64,000 bases of DNA from assembly GCA_024720975.1 (NCBI GenBank), contig JANJXX010000003.1, positions 68,555 to 132,554 on the forward strand, given 5' to 3'. The first letter of the stretch is position 1, and each line of letters starts with the position of its first letter. The notes under the pieces are model-generated. The model was not told the origin of the DNA and made no database searches. It saw only the letters and a list, made by a program, of their open reading frames with translations. Of the stretch, positions 37,948-48,400 are shown piece after piece. The stretch comes from Thermoproteota archaeon. Lineage in GTDB: Archaea > Asgardarchaeota > Njordarchaeia > Njordarchaeales > Panguiarchaeaceae. Made by a program: the position numbers and the translations under genes.

Positions 37948-38643
37948 TTATGCATCCAAAATTTTCTCCAACTGTTTTGTAGACGACTTCTCATCGCTTC
38001 TCATAGCCATATACATGATTCCTATGATAAGCCATATTGTTGCAAGATCTGCAATAAGGCTATTATTACCAATAGTATTAATGAACATCTCAGAGAAGAA
38101 TATTATAGCGGCAATTAATATTAGTTTTCCAAAGAAACATGGAATGATACTCCTGAGAAATCCAAATCTAGCAAACCCCAGTGGCACCAAGATTACATCA
38201 TCTGGTATTGGAGTCATAGCCGCAAAAAATACGGCCGAGCAAACTTTCCATTTGTTTCTTTCTAGCACTTTTCTCAATTTTAAGTAGAATGCTTCATGTT
38301 TCTCTGTAATCTTCCTTCCTAGAGCGCCTAAGACATAACTAGACATCTCCCCAATGGCCGCTGCTGACGCCGCTACAATTGCAAGAATCACTAAGTTTAC
38401 GCTCGATTGAGCAGCATACATTAATACGAGAGGATAGGGGATTACTATAAGCACACTAGCATTGCTTATGATTGTTACGATAAAGACAATTAAATAAATT
38501 GTCATTGGGTCTGCAGATTTGATAATGTCTAAAAAGTACTGTGATATTGACATGCCGTGGTACATTGACGGATCATACAGGTTTATGCCTATTAAAACAA
38601 ACGAGATAGCGAATCCAATCAGTAGCAATAGATTAGGCTTCAT
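37948..38643 (-). CDS. DedA/VTT (SNARE-associated) family membrane protein, tentative
   Basis: 231 aa, multi-TM. YLIVFIVTIISNASVLIVIPYPLVL and TPIPDDVILVPLGFARFGFLRSIIPCFFGKL resemble the VTT-domain re-entrant motifs. Confidence 0.5.
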   Translation of the reverse strand: MKPNLLLLIGFAISFVLIGINLYDPSMYHGMSISQYFLDIIKSADPMTIYLIVFIVTIISNASVLIVIPYPLVLMYAAQSSVNLVILAIVAASAAAIGEMSSYVLGALGRKITEKHEAFYLKLRKVLERNKWKVCSAVFFAAMTPIPDDVILVPLGFARFGFLRSIIPCFFGKLILIAAIIFFSEMFINTIGNNSLIADLATIWLIIGIMYMAMRSDEKSSTKQLEKILDA

Positions 38644-38850
38644 TCAATTCACTTTGATATTTTGGAACAAAGATTTAAAACACTTCTAGTAGAAAGTTTT
38701 CACTATGCACATTTTAAGTCTCTAGTGATTCTTACTTTAAAAAATTTAAAAACTATGGCTTAATCACTGGATCATTTTGGTGGCTTAATTACCCTAATTA
38801 AAGAAGAACCTCAGAAATAAAAGTTAGTAATAGGCTTGATGCTCTAAATT

Positions 38851-41043
38851 TTATAACCACAACAATACAAACAACGCACCAAAGACTATAGCGACGTTAT
38901 TGACCAGTTTTAGGACTATATGTATACTTGGACCTGCCGTATCCTTTAAAGGATCACCAACGGTATCGCCTACAACAGCTGCTTTGTGCGTGTCTGTGCC
39001 CTTCATACCTAACCTCTCTAGGTATTTCTTGGCATTATCCATTGCCGCACCTCCTGTGTTCATAAAGAAGGCTAGGGCTATTCCAGACACTGTAACACCT
39101 AAAAGAAATCCTCCCACCGCAGTATAACCCAATGCAATGCCAACTGCTATTGGTGCAGCAAGAGATAGTAAGCTAGGTATTACCATACTCTTTTGCGCAG
39201 CCTTGGTTGTTATATCAACAACTTTCGCGTAATCAGGTTTTTCCTTCCACTCGAGTATTCCGGGTTTTTCTCTAAATTGTCTTCTGACTTCATTAATAAT
39301 CTCTCCTGCAGCCGAACCTACCGCCCTGATTGCAAATGCAGAAAACACAAATGGCAGTATAGCACCTAACATTAGACCTATTATTATTGCAGGCTCAGCC
39401 AAATTTAGAACAATATTTTGACCATACTGTACGATTTGACCTGTGAATTCATGAAGCGCTTTGACGATAACCTCTAAATATGCTTGAAACAGTAGTAAAG
39501 CAGCCATAGCGGCACTTCCCATAGCGAAGCCTTTAGCTAGAGCTTTTGTAGTATTCCCTGCAGCATCCAGAACATCAGCGGTCTTTCCGACTTCCTCCTC
39601 AATACCCGACATTTCTATTATACCACCTGCATTGTCAGCTATAGGACCGTAGCCATCCATTGCTAGTATAATACCTGTCAGCGAAAGCATTCCTATTGTA
39701 GCTGCTACAGTTCCATAAATCCCTCCCAAGAATTTAGGATCAAAGAATGCTATACCCTCTTGCACCTTGAGTGGGTAAACCTCCGCGAATTTCTGACCAA
39801 GAATGTATGCAAATATCAATGCCATAGCTACAATCACCACTGGCAGGCCTGTTGACTCCATACCAACTGATAATCCCATGTGTATATCCGTTGCTGGACC
39901 TGTCTCTGCCGCTTTAGCTATTCTTTTCACTGGAATGTGCTCGCCAGTGTAATACTCCGTGATAACTTCTATTGCTAATGCCGCCAACAGACCAGCGAGT
40001 GATGCTATATATAGGTATATACCCGCACTCCCAAACATGTAGATCATAATGAAGTAAAACATCACCGATATAATTAATACGGACGCTATCAGACCATTTC
40101 TAAGCGATACTAATGGATTTATGAGTTCGTCCTTAGACTTTGGCTCTTTGGGTCTAACAAATAATGCACCACCTAGCGTAGCTAATAAGCCAAATGCTCT
40201 TGCCACTATGGGGAATAGTATGAAGTATACCTGTTTTGTTAGTAAAAATAGTGATGCTCCTATTATCATCGAACCTATGTTCTCTGCGGATATAGACTCA
40301 AAGAGGTCAGCACCGCGTCCGGCACAATCACCAACATTATCTCCCACGTTGTCGGCTATTGTTGCCGGGTTCCTCGGATCATCTTCTGGAATTCCAACCT
40401 CGACCTTTCCGACTAAGTCAGCTCCAACATCAGCGCCTTTCGTATAGATACCTCCTCCTAGCTGCGCGAACAAGGCTGCAAGGCTCGCTCCAAATCCAAA
40501 TCCCATTATTAGTTCCGGCACCTTGTCAAGCTTACCGAATGCTGCCCAGTATCCAAAGAATAGTATTGCAATTCCGAGTAAACTCATACTCACGACCATT
40601 AATCCTAGGACTAGCCCACCGTAAAAGGCTATTTTTAAGGGCTTTGCCTGAGATCCTCTGGCCGCTTGAGCTACTTTCACATTTGCTAGGGTTGCAACAT
40701 CCATTGAAAGCCATCCTGCTAGGAGTGAGAATATTGCTCCTAGAAGAAAGGAAAATGATATGTAAGGTATTCCCGTATATATCTTTAGGTCTATTGCTAG
40801 ATACACTATTAGAGCTATAACTATAGAGATCATCAGAACCGTTCGGTACTGTCGCTTTAGGTAAGCTTCGGAACCTTCTCTGATCGCCCTGTGAACTAGT
40901 ATCATTCTCTCTGTGCCAGACGGCAGGGAGATTATGTACTTTCGCAAATATAAAGCTACTAATACTCCAACAACAGCAGACACAAATATTATTATGGAGA
41001 ATGGATTCAGTAAGACGTCATGTAAATTGATCGAGTCAGTCAT
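38851..41043 (-). CDS. hppA: Membrane-integral H+/Na+-translocating inorganic pyrophosphatase
   Basis: GADLVGKVEVGIPEDDPRNPATIADNVGDNVGDCAGRGADLFES, DNAGGIIEM, GDTVGDPLKDTAGPS; 730 aa, about 16 TM. Confidence 0.95.
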   Translation of the reverse strand: MTDSINLHDVLLNPFSIIIFVSAVVGVLVALYLRKYIISLPSGTERMILVHRAIREGSEAYLKRQYRTVLMISIVIALIVYLAIDLKIYTGIPYISFSFLLGAIFSLLAGWLSMDVATLANVKVAQAARGSQAKPLKIAFYGGLVLGLMVVSMSLLGIAILFFGYWAAFGKLDKVPELIMGFGFGASLAALFAQLGGGIYTKGADVGADLVGKVEVGIPEDDPRNPATIADNVGDNVGDCAGRGADLFESISAENIGSMIIGASLFLLTKQVYFILFPIVARAFGLLATLGGALFVRPKEPKSKDELINPLVSLRNGLIASVLIISVMFYFIMIYMFGSAGIYLYIASLAGLLAALAIEVITEYYTGEHIPVKRIAKAAETGPATDIHMGLSVGMESTGLPVVIVAMALIFAYILGQKFAEVYPLKVQEGIAFFDPKFLGGIYGTVAATIGMLSLTGIILAMDGYGPIADNAGGIIEMSGIEEEVGKTADVLDAAGNTTKALAKGFAMGSAAMAALLLFQAYLEVIVKALHEFTGQIVQYGQNIVLNLAEPAIIIGLMLGAILPFVFSAFAIRAVGSAAGEIINEVRRQFREKPGILEWKEKPDYAKVVDITTKAAQKSMVIPSLLSLAAPIAVGIALGYTAVGGFLLGVTVSGIALAFFMNTGGAAMDNAKKYLERLGMKGTDTHKAAVVGDTVGDPLKDTAGPSIHIVLKLVNNVAIVFGALFVLLWL

Positions 41044-41237
41044 TCAGGACCCCCCACATAAGTCGACGATTTCATGAAATAGCTACTTAAATGCCGAATT
41101 TTAAGTGATTAGAATTTTAACGCGAACTCAATGCAGAGATCACTAGAAGCGATATTGATTATAGAAATATTCACTAAATTTTAAAGCTGTAAAATTCGTC
41201 ATTGTTAGTACTGTCTTCACAATGATTAATTGTATAG

Positions 41238-42692
41238 ATGACTAATTTGGTAAAAGAACAGCTGGGATCAACTAAGGAGATATTCACTGTAATTTCTATC
41301 GCAACACTAGCCAATTTTCTAACTGGCTTTAATGCTCGACTTGCCATAGTTGGCTTGCCTACTATTATGTATGAATTAAGTGCTGATGTGTTCCAGCTGA
41401 TATGGGTAATTCAGGGATTCATGCTTGGTTCAACTGCCATTCAGCTCATAGTTGGCAAATTAGCAGATCAATTTGGAAGAGTGAAGTTATTCAACTTCGG
41501 AATACTAGTCTTTAGCCTGGGGACTTTAGCTGCAGGCTTAAGCACTAACCCACTTTCTCTGATAATTTCTAGAATTATTCAGGGTATTGGAGGAGCATTT
41601 TTAATATCTCTGACTGTAACTATCTTAGCAGATAGTGTTTCGCCGAGCAGGCTTGCTACTTGGCTTGGCTTGAGTCAAGTTGCATGGAGAGCTGGAGCTC
41701 TAATGGGATTAACAATAAGCGGGTTCATAATAGACTATCTCGGCTGGAGATGGATTTTCTTGATACAATTACCTCTGGGTCTGTTTGCATTGACTTGGAG
41801 CCTTTTAAAACTTAGAGAAAGGTACAAGCCCTCTGAAAAACCTTTTATAGACCTCATCGGATTCATCTCATTCACTGTAGCTATAGTTTCAATACTCCTT
41901 GGTCTGACTTTTCATGGATATGGCCTCTTAGAAGAATCGCTTTACATTCTACTTCTCGGATTAGCCGTCATGGCATTCTTCATAATTTGGGAACTTAAGT
42001 CAAAGCATCCAGCATTGGATTTAAGAGTCTTCAAGATATGGCAATTCAGTGGTGGTATAGTATCACAACTACTTTATTCTATAGGATTTGGTGCATCATT
42101 GACACTACTTGCTATATATCTTCAATCTGTAGATGGGTTTACTCCATCACAAACAGGACTACTACTGATACCATTTGAGCTTACCTTTCTCGTGTTTGGA
42201 CTTATTGGCGGTAGACTTGCAGACGCCATCGGTTTTGCCCCCGTGGCAGCCACAGGCCTTGCCATTGGATCTATTGCACTCTACAAATTATCAACAATGA
42301 ATACACTAACAGAAATACTCCTTGGGGAATTTCTACTCGGAGCTGGAACTGGCCTCTTTGTATCACCAAACACGGGCTCTATAATGAATTCTGTGCCACC
42401 ACACAGAAGAGGAGTAGCCTCTTCACTCAGGACAGTATCATTTCAGATTGGTTTCATCGCTAGCCTAAACATAGCTATTCTCTCTATGACTCAGATTCTA
42501 CCTTATGAAGTTGTCTCAGCACTAATAACACATAGACATACAACCGGATTGAACAACAATCTTGGAGTTGAAATATGTAAATTATCAGGCGCTATCAAGC
42601 ATTCACTTGGAATTCAAGCATTTATAATGGCACTTGGAATACCATTCACGATATCCAGACTTACTCTAAAGCGCAAAAACGTAGGTAAATAG
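41238..42692 (+). CDS. MFS transporter, DHA2 (14-TM, EmrB/QacA-like) type
   Basis: GKLADQFGRVKLF (motif A), IISRIIQGIGGAF, 14 hydrophobic segments. Confidence 0.75.
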   Translation: MTNLVKEQLGSTKEIFTVISIATLANFLTGFNARLAIVGLPTIMYELSADVFQLIWVIQGFMLGSTAIQLIVGKLADQFGRVKLFNFGILVFSLGTLAAGLSTNPLSLIISRIIQGIGGAFLISLTVTILADSVSPSRLATWLGLSQVAWRAGALMGLTISGFIIDYLGWRWIFLIQLPLGLFALTWSLLKLRERYKPSEKPFIDLIGFISFTVAIVSILLGLTFHGYGLLEESLYILLLGLAVMAFFIIWELKSKHPALDLRVFKIWQFSGGIVSQLLYSIGFGASLTLLAIYLQSVDGFTPSQTGLLLIPFELTFLVFGLIGGRLADAIGFAPVAATGLAIGSIALYKLSTMNTLTEILLGEFLLGAGTGLFVSPNTGSIMNSVPPHRRGVASSLRTVSFQIGFIASLNIAILSMTQILPYEVVSALITHRHTTGLNNNLGVEICKLSGAIKHSLGIQAFIMALGIPFTISRLTLKRKNVGK

Positions 42693-42769
42693 ATAGTTAA
42701 AGTCTTACTCTTTATGCTAATTACAATTATTAGATAATGCACCTCTAACTCGTTATATCACTACTATGA

Positions 42770-43651
42770 GTGTTCAAGGAGAGACAAATGAGAGAACGAC
42801 TTTCGAGTGAGTTCGTAATTGGACTACTTTACACGATACTGATTGGTCTCATTACTATTTTCATGCTATATGTTCCAGCTATTTGGATCGCTAGTAGCTT
42901 TCTTATAACTGTTATAATTTTTGTATCACGTTTCTTAGCTGGATTTGGATTGCTCGGACTTATATTTACAGCCATACTTTACATACTGAAATACATCCCG
43001 AAGGATTACAGAAAAAAGAAGACGACCTTGGTACTCGTCCGTTTTATACTTTGCTTGTCGTTAATAGCCTCGATAATTCTACCACTTTGGGGTTTGATTC
43101 CGATTGCTATAGGTGATGCGCATATATCACTGCCCAGCGTACTCTATGGTTTAACCTCCTTCGTAATAACAATGTACCTAGTTCCATTGTGGCGCGAGAG
43201 AAAATTGCCAGAGGAGGAAAGAGGCTTCATTGAGTCTATAAGAGCAACTTTCGGTAGATTTTTGAGAAAAGTGAAGAAAGGTTACTACTATTACTTTTCG
43301 AAGGATTATATAAAAGCATTTTCAGTCGATTTCATATATCTAAAAACGCAGATAGATTCTAAACGCACTCGACTCGGAAAGCTTTTCTTTCCGCTGGTAA
43401 TAGCAGCAACTGCTTACTGCCCCCCAGCTCTGGCCATTGGACTAGTGTATATTGCAAGACTTCGCAGGGAATTAATACGTATTGTCGACAATGTAGCACT
43501 TAGCATAATGCTTCTAGTCTCTCTTGTCGCACCGATGATAGTGTTATCAGTCACGGGTTATGTCCTAATCTGGAATCTAGCATACTTTTTAGGTAGCGCA
43601 CTGGCAGCAATGACTTTTGGTCCCACTGTTATCGACTTAATCAGAGGCTAA
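42770..43651 (+). CDS. Hypothetical polytopic membrane protein
   Basis: 293-aa ORF with about 7 TM segments and no recognised motif. Confidence 0.55.
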   Translation: MFKERQMRERLSSEFVIGLLYTILIGLITIFMLYVPAIWIASSFLITVIIFVSRFLAGFGLLGLIFTAILYILKYIPKDYRKKKTTLVLVRFILCLSLIASIILPLWGLIPIAIGDAHISLPSVLYGLTSFVITMYLVPLWRERKLPEEERGFIESIRATFGRFLRKVKKGYYYYFSKDYIKAFSVDFIYLKTQIDSKRTRLGKLFFPLVIAATAYCPPALAIGLVYIARLRRELIRIVDNVALSIMLLVSLVAPMIVLSVTGYVLIWNLAYFLGSALAAMTFGPTVIDLIRG

Positions 43652-43782
43652 TTAGGGAAAGATTTTAACTCAGAGACACTAAAAGCTTAATACAGAATTG
43701 CTAATGGAAACTCGGTTACGGACAAGATTCAATCTAGTAACCATTCATTAATATGAGAATGTCTCTATCTCGACGGCGAAAC

Positions 43783-44460
43783 TTAGATTGCGTCTGGAAG
43801 GCTTAGTAATACTCCTAGCAAATCCAATAACATAAGGAATATTCCTCCTCCAAGTAAAACAAACGAGAGTACTGATACAAAAAGATACACGCGAGCTATC
43901 AGAATTAGCCCTAGTGACAACAAAATTCTCGATGGGAAAGTTCCAAGGAAAGTGCGTCTGGCATCTACTAGTAGATACTCCTGGAGTTCATTTTTACCTT
44001 TTAGAATTTTTCTAAGGAGGTTTTCTGCTCTCTCCAGGTATTTTTCTTCAGAGTAAAATACATAAACTTCAGCTATGTGACCCTGATTTATATCTTTGGT
44101 GCTATTTAGCAGCTTCCTATGATAATCTTGAACAACTATTAGTAGTCTCTTCACTAGATTCATGCTCGACACATACTCTAACAACAAGCCAGAAGCTATT
44201 ACGCCTAGGCCTATTGTTAGTGCACTTTCGTAGTCTAGGACTAAACCCACTAGATCTAGAGTTAAGACGATGAGAATTATTACTAGGACTATTCCAGTGT
44301 ACCGCTTTAGCTTATGCATTAGGGTATTAATGTCTTCTAGTTCCGTTTCTGAAATCACTAGATAACCGCGCAACTCGTCTACTTTCACTTTTGCTATACG
44401 AAGTGATAACTCGGACTCAGAGTTCAAATTCTCCTTCGTACAGAACCCCCCGCTTTCCAC
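43783..44460 (-). CDS. Hypothetical membrane protein
   Basis: 225-aa ORF with TM helices IVLVIILIVLTLDLVGLVL, GLGVIASGLLL and a C-terminal pair. The start is uncertain because it overlaps the upstream ORF by 44 nt. Confidence 0.5.
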   Translation of the reverse strand: MESGGFCTKENLNSESELSLRIAKVKVDELRGYLVISETELEDINTLMHKLKRYTGIVLVIILIVLTLDLVGLVLDYESALTIGLGVIASGLLLEYVSSMNLVKRLLIVVQDYHRKLLNSTKDINQGHIAEVYVFYSEEKYLERAENLLRKILKGKNELQEYLLVDARRTFLGTFPSRILLSLGLILIARVYLFVSVLSFVLLGGGIFLMLLDLLGVLLSLPDAI

Positions 44461-44776
44461 GGTGGTAATATTCTAATTTTAGCATGCATTTTTGGGAATT
44501 GAAAAGCTCTCGATAATAATAACGATTGATCTTGATGCGAAATTCCAAATTCGCCAGACATTGAACGCAAATTTTTTTAATTGCTTTGACTTGGAGGAAT
44601 ATGCTCAGCATCTTCTTATCTGTATCTACTTGCTCACGGAGGTCAATTGTGTGACAGGGATTTGCAACATTAATGAAACCCCTAATAACTGTAAGACCGC
44701 CTATTGTCTCTAATGTTACCTGTTCTTGCACTGTTCCACACTTACTCGATAGGATTTCAAAGACGATACCACTCAT
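44417..44776 (-). CDS. Hypothetical small Cys-containing protein
   Basis: 119-aa ORF with a CVQC pair plus three other Cys; no family recognised. Confidence 0.4.
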   Translation of the reverse strand: MSGIVFEILSSKCGTVQEQVTLETIGGLTVIRGFINVANPCHTIDLREQVDTDKKMLSIFLQVKAIKKICVQCLANLEFRIKINRYYYRELFNSQKCMLKLEYYHRGKRGVLYEGEFEL

Positions 44777-44885
44777 ATGAAACCCCAGCGAAGCAGCACA
44801 TAATAGCTAAACGGAAAAATTAATAAATATGTGATACTTATGCACCTGATACATCTTTAAATACTCACTGACCTTATATGTAATT

Positions 44886-45401
44886 TTGGGTGAGCTTGTG
44901 TTAAGGTTCTCTTATGATGAGTTGAAGTCATTCTTAACCGGAGCGAGGAAGGTCTCTATATTGGCTGTTGGTAACCTATTAAGAGGAGACGATGGCGTAG
45001 GTATAGTTGTGGGAAATATGATAAGAAATAGCGCTCCCGTGGATGTATATATATGTGAAACAACACCAGAAAATTACCTGTACCGAATAGTCTCCGGAAA
45101 TTATACGCACGTTATAATTATTGACTCTGCCATGGCAAATGCTAGTCCTGGTGACGTATTTTTTATTGATCACAATAAATTAGTGGAAACTACGATATCT
45201 ACTCATGGCATTCCACTTTCTCTCATTGTTGAGTTTCTAGAGATGAACAATATTAGAGTCCTGGTAATTGGCATACAACCGGAGGATACTTCTATCAGAG
45301 AAGGCTTGTCTGAGGCTGTTAGGAGGGCTGCAGTAAATCTGTCTCAAGTACTGATCAAAGCTTTTAATGAAGTTCTCAGCAAAGACCAAATCTCATCATG
45401 A
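44886..45401 (+). CDS. Hydrogenase maturation endopeptidase (HycI/HyaD/FrhD family)
   Basis: ILAVGNLLRGDDGVGIVVG, VIIIDSAMANASPGDV, STHGIPL; TTG/GTG start. Confidence 0.7.
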   Translation: MGELVLRFSYDELKSFLTGARKVSILAVGNLLRGDDGVGIVVGNMIRNSAPVDVYICETTPENYLYRIVSGNYTHVIIIDSAMANASPGDVFFIDHNKLVETTISTHGIPLSLIVEFLEMNNIRVLVIGIQPEDTSIREGLSEAVRRAAVNLSQVLIKAFNEVLSKDQISS

Positions 45402-45490
45402 ATCAGCGATTCTGGGGCTCATCATAGGAGTAACTCGCTAATAAGATAAATTAATAGATTAAAGTGGGAATAAAAATATTTGGCAACTAT

Positions 45491-48400
45491 TCAGAGTTTT
45501 TGCATTTTGCGCTTCTTAATAAATAACAGTCCCACAAATACTACAGTAACTAAAATCGTTATAATCAGCGATATGAGGAATGGGCCAAGGATTATTATAG
45601 TTACTTTCATTGGCTTCCACAGATAAATGCTTCTTGATGCACTAAAGCCCCCAACACTGGCCCTTATTTCATATTCACCTAAGTCTAGTCTCTCATATTC
45701 TCTTACAATTCCTTGATAAAGGACGATTTTGCACTTTCCTTTTGGCGCATCTAGCTCATAAGTCCTTGAGTCTCTTCCAATTATCGTGACTTTAGCGAAT
45801 TCGGGCTCCCTTAGATCATAGAGAACTTCGATAGTCAAGGTATACAGTATATGTATCTCGGACAGGTCTTCAGCAAATATTGGATACTCCAACAAGGTAT
45901 CTATTAGCCAAATTCTCGAAAATCCATCAGCTCCCAGTGTAAAGATTTGTGAGTTGATCACAGTAACGTTGGAGAACATCATTGCTAATATCGTTAGATC
46001 GATGAGTTCAGACGCATAAGCATCTATTCTATAGCCCATTTGTTCATTGTAAAATTTAGTAACTCCCAGTATATTCTTAAGCTCTACGTGACCATAAACA
46101 AATACATCAACAATTCCAACTTGTGATTTACTGATGTATAGTCTGGTTCCATAGCCTGGATTTAATAGGCGCACAAAGGATGAAGAAATTTCCAGGTCGC
46201 TTGGGCCTCCTACAATGAGATATAATGATCTTGAATTATTCATCAGGATACTTGAAGACGCATTTATGAGAATTATTGACGCGCTTAAATTTTCAAGACT
46301 TACTAAAGCTCCATGAACCGTAATGTTGAGCATAGTTATCTCTACTTGACTAACACTTATGTTCCACGGCGCTCTATCAGCTATGTCAGTTGTTGTTGAC
46401 TTGGGTAAAGAACCTTCTCCTAGATTTCTTAGAGTTAATCCAAGGTTAACGATGCTGAAGTTTAAACCAATCTTTGATTCATTTATAACAATGTCACCAC
46501 CATATCTCATAGAGACGGAACCCACAGTACTAGACTTGATAATTACTGTTGAGGTATACGATGAAACATCCACTTTATGTACCTTGGAGTCGCGTAATTC
46601 TAATCTCGAGAACTCCCCAACTACAAAGCTCCACCTTGATATTTTTGTATCGATAAATAATCCCCTTGAGAATAGCGGGATGTCTTCTGGGGCTGATGCT
46701 TTGTATAGATATGTTGGTTGAACCCCCTGAGCATAGGCTTCAGTGAAGATTATATATATCGATAACCCTATCTCTGACCCAACTATTGAGAACTCCGTGA
46801 GATAAGGCATGAAATCTCCAATATTTGAGTTTAATAACACGACATCACAAAGAACCAATCGAGCTTTTTCAACGTAACTCGATGATATGTATGCCTCCGA
46901 TCCTTCTGCTAGTATTTCATTTATTCTAGAATTTTCTACGAGAATTTTCGATTCCACTAGGTTCATAGTACGTATTTTGGAATTTCGTATGCTTATGTTT
47001 GAACGATATGCATCGATGCTTACCTCGAGAATCGTTGTGTTTATTATCCTCAGGTTTTTGGAGATATCCAAGGAAATCGGCTTGTATGCCCCAACACCAT
47101 CGATATTTACAACATCCTCGATCTGGGATAATCCAAGATAGAGGCGCGTAGCTGAGTTCCTAATTATCGCTGAGACGTTCGCTCCTCCTTCAAGATGCAC
47201 CTCTGAGTATCCATAAACTCTACTATTTTCTAAGATCAACATTCCATTGTAGGCAATTCCTACCGATATCACATCAGACTCGATAATCTCTAATTCAACG
47301 CGTCCATAAATTCCGAGTCCGATTGCATACCAACCAGTTATGGATGTATTAACCAACGTGAGCTTTATTGGTGTTGATGCGTTAACAAATTCGCTTAGGG
47401 TCGCATTCTCATAGTACCCAGGCCTTAGCTTTAGTCTATAACTACCCTCAAGAAATCCTAGTATTATGTTTGCTGTCGTCTTTGTCATAAAAACGTCTGA
47501 TTCAATAATATATGTGTATATAGACGTAGTTTCATTGAAGGCAACGCTAGAGCCCCAGATTATTGTTATTGACGATAATTTTGAATTGTATATCACTAGT
47601 TTTGATCCGTAAATTCCCATTAAGTCGCTAACTATAACGTTTTTAACTCTCGCTGTGGCATTGGATATGTAAAGTTGCGATAAAAGCGAATTCTCCACGG
47701 TGAATTCTCCTAGAGATAGATCTAAGATCCAAGACCCATGAGAGTTTACAACATTTATTCGCCAACTCTCATCAACATTTAGAACATCTGAATTCCAACT
47801 GGATATGTACCCAGGTTTAAGGTTGCGAATTACGGCATTTTCTTCTGATATTGCTATGTATATTGTGACCACGGATTTATCAATAAAAATGTCTGTACCA
47901 CTTATTGCAGCTACAACACCTCCATAAGATGACAAGATACGTGCTTTAGCAGCATTGCCAAGGCCAGCTACGATATCAAATACCACGCTATTCAGGTTAA
48001 TCTCGGCATTTCCAAGGACATAAACAGTGTTCAGAATTGATCTATAAGCATTTGTCTTAGATCCCCCCGATGCAAATATTGTATCAATTATTGACTCTAC
48101 TATATCCACACTGGAATCATGTGTTACACGTACTAGTGACGCCTCAGAGGATTCAATCGATAATCGGCTGTTGTAGAAGAGATATATCCAGCCTAGGATT
48201 GAGCTTTTTACAACTATATTGCTATCGTAAGAAAGTATATCCCAGCCAAGTACATATACATTAGACAGATTTATCGACCAACCACCGCTTTTAACAAGAA
48301 TCATATAATGTATATCGCCTGGCTTTAGATTCTCGATCTCCACATTTTCAAGCTTATAAACGAGACCGAACCAGATCATGCTGTCTCTTGCCAGTATGTT

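Noticed and set aside
40121-40820. Plus-strand ORFs (108 and 153 aa) and a 60-aa minus-strand alternative-frame ORF inside hppA
   Set aside because: They lie within an unambiguous H+-pyrophosphatase gene and are shadow ORFs.
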